Notes under the pieces: model-generated | Database searches by the model: none | Told to the model about the DNA's origin: nothing | Seen by the model: only the letters and a program-made list of their open reading frames with translations | Translations under genes and position numbers: made by a program | Part shown: positions 53,165 through 62,052 of the stretch, one piece after another | Layout of the letters: each line of letters starts with the position of its first letter | Position numbering within the stretch: position 1 is the stretch's first letter | Source: Girardia tigrina | Taxonomy: Eukaryota | Length of the DNA stretch: 62,052 bases | Assembly (NCBI GenBank): GCA_001938485.1 | Contig: MQRK01182049.1 | Location: forward strand, 24,808-86,859 | Direction: 5' to 3'

Positions 53165-54399
53165 TAGGGTTTCCAATCCCGGGAAAATGAGGTCGGGATC
53201 CCGGGATTCAAAATTTATATAACTTTTTCAAAAATTAAAATTATTCGATATCAAAGTTAATTAAAATAAAATTAATAATAAGACAAAAATTTATTGTAAA
53301 AATATTTCGTAAAAGTTCGATAAAAATTAGAGGCTTCTACAATTTATCAAGGAGGAACATGGAATAGAGCTATCTCTTTTAAAGGATATTAAAACCAGAT
53401 GGAATTCATTGATCGCTATGCTTGAAAAATTCCTTCTTGGAAAAATCTCCTTGAAAAAAGCTCTTGTCTGTTTGAATTCAGACATCATCTTCAGTGAATC
53501 CGAAAATAACACACTTGAAATCATTTGTCGAGCTTTGAAGCCAGTTAAATTGATAGTAAAGACCCTGCCAAAGAAAAAATATACTTTGGCGATGGCAAAT
53601 GCTGCTGCTCGATTTGCATCAGATGAATTAGCCCAACAAAAGTCAATGTTCTCAGGTGTCTTATCTACTGCATTGCAGAATCGCGTGTCAGTTAGGTTAA
53701 CGGCAATATCTTCAGCAGTAAAATATCTTAGTTGTGGTGGACCCGTAGACACAACTACCGAAATGAATGCCGTGAAGTTTGTACTCATCAGCCTCGCTAA
53801 CAAATTGAATGACGTCAATGTTTGGGAAAATAGACATGATCTTTTATCTGAAGAAAAGAAGTCAAGTGATATTAACGAACGTTTGAAGAAAGCCTTGTAG
53901 AAATATGACAGTGGGTTAAATGAAAAGGAAGGAAGAGGAAATACAGGATCAATAGAATGAAAATTGGAAGAGAATTCGATTTTTACCTCGTCGACTGGAA
54001 ATTTTGTACAAAGTTCTTTTATGCGTACCTCCAACAAGTGTCGAGGAGGAAAGAGCATTTTCTGCGAGTGAACTGTTTTTGAAAAAACTAAGATCCAGAC
54101 TCTCCGATGAAGCTCTATGTAAGTTGACCTTGTTACGACATTATTTCCAAAATAGTCAGTGATTCTAGTGTATAATGTCTTAAATAAATAAATATTTTAT
54201 GACTTTTAATTGTAATTATGTTTCCTGTTTTAGATTTCCAATAAAATATCAAAATTTTAATTAAAAATAATAATAAATGTTTATAATAATAATTAAAATT
54301 TGAACTAGGTTAAAAATTAAATTTAAAATATTATGAAATTTCGGGATCCCGGGATTAGGGTCTGGATTGGTCCCGAAATCCCGGGATTTGGAATCCCTA
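53165..54399 (+). mobile_element. Internally deleted hAT (Ac-like) transposon with both ends
   Basis: TIRs TAGGGTTTCCAA / TTGGAATCCCTA, subterminal CCCGGGAT repeats and an 8-bp TSD CTCTACAC/CTCCACAC. Transposase motifs DIKTRWNSLIAMLEKFL and PPTSVEEERAFS. Confidence 0.92.
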
Positions 54400-54826
54400 C
54401 TCCACACACACACGAAATGGCAACCACAATCATCACACACAACACATACACACTGACAGCTGAAACAAATATAATAAAAACAACATACACACACAACTTT
54501 AACGATAAAATATTAATCTCTCTGTTTTATTTTAAATATACTGAATAATATTAATTGATTTTTCGGAACGTTTAATTTAATTTACTTTATTTAAAATTTC
54601 TTTAGAGTTTTATTTAATTATTTGAAATTATTTAATAATTTATTTTTTCTTCTTGTCGGTCAAATAAATAATTTTCCGTTCAAATGCCTCTAATTACTTT
54701 GGAAAGAGTTGTGTCATCTTGAATAAATATTTTTGCCCCCGAAATTGAAAGGTAAAATTTGTTGTGTGAAATGGATATAACGTCTCATAAACATTTTTAT
54801 TTAATGAAACCTAAATAATTGCAACA

Positions 54827-54995
54827 TTAAGCCAAGATCTGCTGGACAATAACAGAACGTGTTCCGCCCGGTGCCCAGTTTGCTCCGTATACCACACCAT
54901 TTATGTCGTGCTCTCCCTCGCCGCACCGACAGACCAAACCAATGTCTCTCCAATGCCGCATCCACGCAAAAACATTAACATGATTCGAAATTCCT
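54827..54995 (-). CDS. Possible terminal exon of an unidentified gene
   Basis: Isolated GC-rich open stretch GISNHVNVFAWMRHWRDIGLVCRCGEGEHDINGVVYGANWAPGGTRSVIVQQILA*, with AATAAA about 25 nt downstream. A + frame is also open. Confidence 0.35.
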
Positions 54996-56828
54996 TTGTT
55001 CGTAAAAATGAACATAACTCAAAGTAATTTAAATTCAAATTTCTATTTTAAGTTATTTATTTATTTAAGTTAGTTTTTTTTTCATGTAATTATTTATTTT
55101 TTAATTATATTTTAATTATATCAATATATACACATATCAAAATATATAGCAAGACGAAAAAACAAAAATGTTAAGTTCGTGATTGTGTTCTGGTGAAAAC
55201 TCAGATCAAGACATTTTTGAAACTTTTATTTAATAACAACAATTTAACATAATATTTAAACAAGTTTTGTTTAAGTAAATTTCTGAGGAACATTTTTTTC
55301 ATTATTCTTGAACGAACCAATAATATCAAAATTATTGTAAATATAAATATTTAATTTATTTGAATGTAAATCCTTTTATATTTGAAATCTTGTGTTTGTA
55401 TTTTTTTTAAACTTAAAAACAAGTTAATGACTTAAATAAGTTATTTAAATCTCTTTTTAAATTTATTTTTTAATATTTTTAATTTAAAATAATTTAACAT
55501 TTAATTATATATTTTAAATATTGTATTAATTTGTAAAACGTTGACTAGTTAAATTTTAATACAAAAATTTAGAAGAGTTTATAAAAAATCCTGCCAAAAG
55601 CAAAAAAAGATGTCAACGATTTTCATTCGAAAGAAATCAATCTAATAATTGCCGATTTGAACTTGTCTTTGCAGGGGAGGAATTTCAAATATAAATAACA
55701 ATATTATTCAAAATTATAATTCAAAATGGAATTTAAATGCCGAACAGAAGGTCTTCCACATCCTTTAGGAAGGCTGCATAGTTAGAAAACGTTGTATTAT
55801 AAATAATTGTCACTAGAAATAATAATTTTCATCATCGACCCAATTGTAATACGAAAAGAGAAATTAAATTAAATTCATTCTTTTTGTTTTAATTATAATT
55901 AAATTAGGATTTTTTCAAAGAGAGAATTATTACAATAGTCAGAGTTAAATTTTTTCTAATCTTCTTCTTCTTTTTTCCTCGTAAATTATTATAACCCAGT
56001 GGAATATATATTGTTTTTCGAATTACGTCTTTTAATTAATTAATTTTTCATAAATTTTTTATTCGTGGTCATTGGAATTCTTTTGTTTACAAGAAAAAAG
56101 AGAAGGAGAAGCGAGGAAACCTTTTGTTTTCTGAAAACTAAATTATTCATTTTATGTATTTAATTTTGAAATTTTAGGGTTTCACTGTTTTCATTCAATG
56201 ACAAAAAATAAAATAAATTCATTTTTTTATTAAATATAAAAAAATATTTTCCAGATTAATTAAAACAAGAAAACAATATTTTTTTAACATTTATTTTACT
56301 ATTATTTTTTTTTCTCATTGGGAAAATTTATCGCTGTGAGGTGTAAACAAATTCGTGACATACCTCAATTTATATGTTCCATCAGTAAATATTTATGATT
56401 TTATTGTTTGAACAAATAAGCAAATGATAAAAATAAAACAATCCTTCATCTTGAAAAAACAAGGGGCTCTCGGAGTCGAGAATAAATATTTACCTGCAAA
56501 CAGTCAAATAAATCTGACATGAAGAAAAATTAAATAAAATATTATATTTTTTATTATTAAAACAATTTTGTGTTAGGAATATTTGAGTATGTTCAGTTCA
56601 TAAATAAATAAATAACAATTAAAAATAAGAAAATTAATTAACCAAAAATAAATATTTAATTAAATGAGGACACAGTCGTATGGTCGAAGTCAAATATTTA
56701 ACAAATATTTAAATATTTATTTATTAAAAACGCTTAAGAGTCCAAGAATAAGACACTTTCAAAAAGAGAAGAATATATAAAAAAACACAAATTCACCAAA
56801 TAAATACCCGGAATTAAGGTCTAATATA

Positions 56829-57200
56829 CACCGCCCTACCAAAAGTCACCGACCACCGGTGTGTTCGCAGTAATGAGAGATTATGAGAATTTTTAAACGA
56901 ATGATATATTTACAAAAAATAGAATGTATAATATTAATGAATTTTTAATTCTTTGTACAGTGTCCTTTGCATTTTATAACCTCTTTCACTCTATCTGGCA
57001 TCGAGTTGACGACACTTGCTAGGAAGTCCAGAGGAATTCTAGAAGTCCAACTCCTCCCAAAGCGAATCCGTCGAAGATGCCCTCTACCGTCTTCTCTTGC
57101 TGTCCTAGCAGAATACCTTCAGGAAGAGTGGCGCAATATTCCTCTGGACTTCCTAGCAAGTGTCGTCAACTCGATGCCAGATAGAGTCATAAGTCATAAA
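56829..57200 (+). mobile_element. Internally deleted Tc1 remnant
   Basis: TA|CACCGCCCTACCAAAAGT terminus and the C-terminal LQEEWRNIPLDFLASVVNSMPDRV motif. Confidence 0.75.
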
Positions 57201-57339
57201 TTTTGAAGTTACATATTAAACGTGTCAACTTTCATGTATAATGAAGAGAAATAAAAATTATCCAGGTGTCAAGTATCAATCCGCATTATCGATTAAGCAC
57301 AATTAAATAATTGGTGATGTAAATTGTACCGTCAGAAAT

Positions 57340-57427
57340 CAGGGATCAACTGTGCTGCCAGTGGGCATACTTCTACGTAGTATCCCTGAGAAACTAGAGA
57401 TCTCGGTCTCTAGGCTAAAGTGCCCAT
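57340..57427 (+). ncRNA. HDV-like self-cleaving ribozyme fold
   Basis: P1 CAGGGAU/AUCCCUG; P2 GUGGGCAU/GUGCCCAU; P3 ACU/AGU; L3 UCUACGU; P1.1 CU/AG; P4 CUAGAGA/UCUCUAG; J4/2 GCUAAA with the catalytic C at 57415. The elements are in the correct nested double-pseudoknot order. Confidence 0.85.
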
Positions 57428-57727
57428 AGCAAGCCGATATCTGCGCCGACAGAATATTGTAGGAACTTCGGGCTTGCAATCCGATTAACTAGGCTTCGCT
57501 ACCGTTCTGAGTGTCATGGCTGTAGTGGAGTAGTGACCCTACAGTCGAGTGGTCGATTGCATCGCAATGATCCAAGGTTCCGACTTTGGTGAGGGATGTT
57601 GTGAAGCCGGTCCGCCGGTGGAACTAAGGCATGGATCCCAGCATTGGGGGAGTGCCCGTTGAAGCCATAAGCGTCTCAGCCCTCCTAAAAAGCCTCAGGC
57701 TTAATATCTGTATAGGATGAGAGGTTC
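57340..57727 (+). mobile_element. 388-bp non-coding retroposed element flanked by a perfect 12-bp TSD
   Basis: ACCGTCAGAAAT at 57328-57339 and 57728-57739. The interior is GC-rich and helix-rich, with no TIRs and no ORF. Confidence 0.85.
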
Positions 57728-59611
57728 ACCGTCAGAAATGTTTTGAGAGCTTTCTTACATATTTCTAATAACTTTAAATCTGTAGAAATTATAAGAATGT
57801 TTGCGAAAGGACGGAAACTTCTAGGAAAACTAAGAAGCATAACAAGGTTAATTATGAAAAAAATACTTCCAAATAAATCCTACAATTTTATTTTTTTATG
57901 TTTAGAGGTTTTTGTAATTGTTTTTATTAAAATAAATGGCTTTAGGAATTTATTGAATTTTATTAAATATTTTTATTGGGTATTTTTCGGGTAAGAAATA
58001 GACGTTGATAACCGTTCGTTGATAACTTGCATAGATCCTCGAGGTCTAATGGGGTACTCTCAAATCCTCAAATACGTAAAATTTGTTTCCTTACAATATT
58101 TTTTCTTATTTGTTTGAAAAATATTTATTTTGTTAAAATTAAATTATCTTCTAAAAGTCGACTAATCATATTTACGACTTAATTAAATAATAATTCGTTT
58201 TAATTAAATCATCATTTAAATTGTTTGTTTTTATTCACAAAAAATTACCATTTTTAAAAATTTTCTAATGGGAAATAAAACTTTAATTTAATTGTATAAA
58301 AAATTTCAATTTGTTTTAATTATCGTTACTTTTTTGTTTAAATTCAATCCCATCGAGAAATAAGTTGCGATTGTTTGTTTAAATTCTCACAAATAATTTA
58401 AATACAGAAAATAATTCTTATATAAAAAAGAATTTCCCTGGTTGTATTTTTTTAAAAAAAATAATTTAAAAAAATAATTAAAACAAATTGGAAAATTACA
58501 TTATTTTTCAAAAATTCAAACAAATATATATTTTTATTAATTATATCAATTTATATTAATATAAAATTAATTATTAAAACTTATTAATTATTTAAATTCA
58601 TTTTAACTAATCATTATTATTGTTATTATTATTTATATTATTGTTATTAGTATTTTTATTAGTATTTATATATTTTATATTTAAAATGGAAATGAAAAAT
58701 TTATAACATCAATTATTGGAAAATGTCTCAAAGGATTCCAGAAAATATTTTATTCCATTAACAATATCTTGTTCCGAATTTAATTATTGTTAATGATAAA
58801 AACACACAAAATACTCAAAAAGTCATAATTAAGTAAAACAAAATATTTTTTTAAAATTCTTACGAATATATTTGAGTTATCGTTGGCAATTCGGAATCTA
58901 TTTTGTTGGAGATGAATCTTTATGTTCCTTGATCTCGGAATCGTCTCTTCCTGTTTTGAGGATCAATAAGGTTTTAGTGTATTCGAATCTTGAAACTTTT
59001 ACTCTCATTTTCTAATCATCAAGGCAGTAAAAAAGCTGTAAACTGTTTTGATGTTAACTTATGTTTCATGACTTTTTCGACATTTTTATCAATTTGTCAA
59101 ATGTACTTGTAGAAATAAGATCGTTCTGCAAGTACTCAACTGCATTAGTTATTTTTGTGAATTTTTTGCAAATTTGTCTTCCTAATCTCCCATTTCCAAA
59201 ATCTTCTCAAACTGCTTCCTTGTGTATGCGTACATAAATGCTTGAATTACAATATTTCTTTGTTCAGCATTAATTTGAATAATATATTTCCGCATTTCTG
59301 TCCGGAATTCTTTAATTTCCATCTCCATGGTTAAATTCTTCGGTTAAGAAAACAAATTGAGTCTTTAAAGTTATATTTAATAAAAATAATTCAATTAAAT
59401 TAATAAGTATAAACAATAACATAATTGGAAAAAGTGTTGTTGTAATGACTCACATTGTTAAAGCCTGGTCATTGGTTCATACTCACAATCACACATATAC
59501 AGGTAACAACATGCATTCACTCCTCACACTGTTGACATCATAAAATCAGATTCTCAAAACACACACATAACTATACATAACTATTCCTACTCACAATTAT
59601 AATTATTATTA

Positions 59612-59859
59612 ACCGATATTTCCAAATACTATCCAGGATACAATTAAATAGTATCCTCAAAGAATATGTTTAAAAAGGTGATTTTTAGAAAATAGGGATA
59701 TTATTTGGATTTAATTTTATTGAATTATGTAAGTTAAAATTATAAAAATATCGTATTTTTATTATCATAAATATGATTATTTTTATTATTATTACTATAG
59801 TATTAAATAGTATCCATATGAATATTTTAAGATTATGGATATTATTTGGAAATATCCGT
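59612..59859. mobile_element. MITE with ~24-bp TIRs
   Basis: ACCGATATTTCCAAATACTATCCA / TGGATATTATTTGGAAATATCCGT, flanked by TA; internal direct repeat ATTAAATAGTATCC. Confidence 0.6.
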
Positions 59860-60809
59860 TACTTGTATCATTATTTGTTCGAAATTTAAATTTTGTTATT
59901 ATTATTCATTATCATTTGTTTATCCTTGTATCATTTGTTTATTACAAATATTTAAATTAATCTAAAAAATGTAATAAAATTTTGTTTTAATCAAATATTT
60001 TATTAAATGTAAAAATGTAATAATGAAATTTTAAAATACCATTAAAGTAAAAGCAAGTAACATGTAAAAAAATATTTTTATAAAAATTATCAAGGCTTCA
60101 CACACAACTCTTAATGTATTAAATACACAATACAAGTTTATGAAGGAAATAAACATAACATCCTAATCTCGAGTGTTGAATGATTGAATTAACTCACTCT
60201 AGTTAGTTAACCAATCAAAAAAGCTTTGAGCCCGTGATGATTTTATTTTGAAATCAGAGTTTTCATGATTACCAAAATTTTCTCGATTTGCCGAATTCCG
60301 AATTTTTTATTGAAATCATTATCTTTTTGTGACAAAAATTTCAACTAATTGTCACGATTTATCAAACGTTTTTGAATTTTGATTGAAATTAATTATTTAT
60401 GATTTTTCACAATTTTCAATTTTGAGACGCAGTTTGCTACAAGATTTGAAATTCACATAACGTTATTTTGACATATGTGTAAAACACCTGATTTCTCACC
60501 CGTCCAAAATTATGACACAACAATTAAAAAAAAACAACTTTTTTAAAATAATTTTTTCACTTTTCATAAATATTTTTTCATAATTTTGTCTCTGGTTCAG
60601 TTGATAAATGTGAGCATAATAGTACTTCAAACATCTTCTACACTAGTATCCCTTAATTTCTTTTTTTCATCTTTTTTATTGTGAGGAATATTTTAAAAAT
60701 TTTAATATTTTAACTTGGTAAGTGAAAATGTGTTTCTGTCACAGATAGAAAACTTGTATTTCGGATGTTTGTAATGAATATTTGTGTGATCATTATTTAT
60801 ATTTTAAAT

Positions 60810-61190
60810 TAGGGGTGTGCCGGAATCCGGTTCAAATCCGGCCATAATTTGGCAGCTTTTATTCCGGATTTTGTAAGGGTATGCAGATGTACAAATAAGC
60901 AAAAAAACTACTAAATTCAAGGTATTGAAAAATGAATGAATCCAGTCAGAATTATGCCAGTACCTATCTGAACCCGTGGTCTCACGGACAAAAGATCCAC
61001 TGATATGGTAGAAATATAATAAAGAGAGATTTCCTAGTTTAACAAAAGTAGCTCGAGTGTACCTGGGACCACCTCCGACTAGTGTACCATCTAAACGATT
61101 ATTTAGTGTGACAATTTATCAGTGATCACAGTAATAGAGTCCTTCTAGAAAATGCTTTAAGACTAATTTTTATGAAGTACGATTTAATAA
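60810..61190 (+). mobile_element. hAT remnant: terminus plus dimerisation domain
   Basis: TAGGGGTGTGCCGGAATCCGG terminus, then DPLIW*KYNKERFPSLTKVARVYLGPPPTSVPSKRLFS. Confidence 0.85.
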
Positions 61191-61751
61191 AAAATTCATA
61201 AATGTTTGTATTTATATGTTTCTTTGTTCAAATTTAACCTTTAATTCAAGAGCCTTTTAAAGGATTGTAAGATTCTATAATTATTCAGAAATATTAATAA
61301 TATATTTTTAAGCTTATTTAAATATTTTTTTAAAATATATTCTATATGAATGTTTTTTAATGCCATAAAATTAAATTTGTTAATTTACTTTAAAAAGTAT
61401 CAATTAAATAAAAAATAATAAATAAATTATTTATAAATTAATTTATAAAAATTCAATTAGATTTTAACTAATTCTTAAGTTTCCTAAATAAAAATATAAT
61501 GATAACTTATGTATATAAAATTAAAACAAATTATTATTTTTTCAAATATTTTTGATTTACAAAAAAAGAAAATAATTTCTATTTTTTTTATTTGTCCTAA
61601 AATTTTTGTGAAAAAACATTTTCTCTTTAGTTGAAATAAAAATTTTTTTATCTTCTTAAACAATTAAAAAAATAAATAAATTATTCAAATTTTATTATTA
61701 GAATAATTAAAAGATAATAAAAAATATTGAACACTATTTTTCAATATTTAT

Positions 61752-61796
61752 TTTAGTAATTAATTTCGGCAGGTTAATCGTCATCTTCAGATTAAA
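61752..61796 (-). ncRNA. Minimal hammerhead ribozyme (family B), partly degenerate
   Basis: uuuaau-CUGAAGA-U-GACGAUUAACCUGCC-GAAA-UUAA-UU-acuaaa; homologous to 15411-15455. Confidence 0.55.
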
Positions 61797-61940
61797 TTTT
61801 TTTTTCAGATTAAACATTTTTTTTGGGGGGGTGGAGTCTGAGAATCTAGGTACAAGAGTGAAATGAATGTTTAATATATCTTTCTTAGTTTTTTTTAATC
61901 AACATATGCGAAAGCTTGGGATATTTTTTTAGAGTAAGTA

Positions 61941-62052
61941 TTAGGTTGTTCGATATGAAACGGGTCAAAATTAAAGTAAAATGTAAATCGATTTTTTTTA
62001 AATAATAACATTTTATTTTTAATCAAAATATCCCCCCATGTTGTCAACACAC
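61941..62052 (-). mobile_element. 3' end of a mariner element running off the window
   Basis: TA|TTAGGTTGTTCGATATGAAACGG TIR; the minus strand reads CVDNMGGYFD*. Confidence 0.75.

Noticed and set aside
53327-54058. 243-aa minus-strand ORF
   Set aside because: It is the antisense shadow of the hAT transposase fragment on the + strand.

Overview
Very AT-rich eukaryotic (metazoan) genomic DNA with assembly gaps, 44-50 nt GT-AG introns and a dense load of mostly decayed transposons. Together these suggest a flatworm/planarian-type genome, which is an inference. Host genes: (i) a minus-strand spliced gene running off the left edge (exons 1385-1175 and 1127-<1), missed by the ORF track; it encodes a coiled coil, the N-terminal half of a TRAF-type MATH domain and then about 300 aa of glycine-zipper (GxxxG) hydrophobic repeats; (ii) three exons of an RGS-domain gene (23002-22101); (iii) an intron-retaining DTL/Cdt2 WD40 pseudogene fragment. 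Mobile DNA includes many mariner/Tc1 remnants, a young Tc3-like element with TIRs, several hAT elements and MITEs with TSDs, a piggyBac-type MITE, Penelope-like GIY-YIG fragments, Gypsy fragments and a zinc-finger non-LTR derivative. The most notable items are: a decayed Gypsy-type polyprotein with a Ulp1/SENP (C48) protease fused directly upstream of a DUF7041-type Gag (about 19910-18000); a 388-bp TSD-flanked non-coding insertion that starts exactly at an HDV-like ribozyme fold (57340-57727); at least seven minimal hammerhead ribozymes from three sequence families; and the split-MATH/glycine-zipper protein. All family assignments come from motif recognition by eye, not from database searches.
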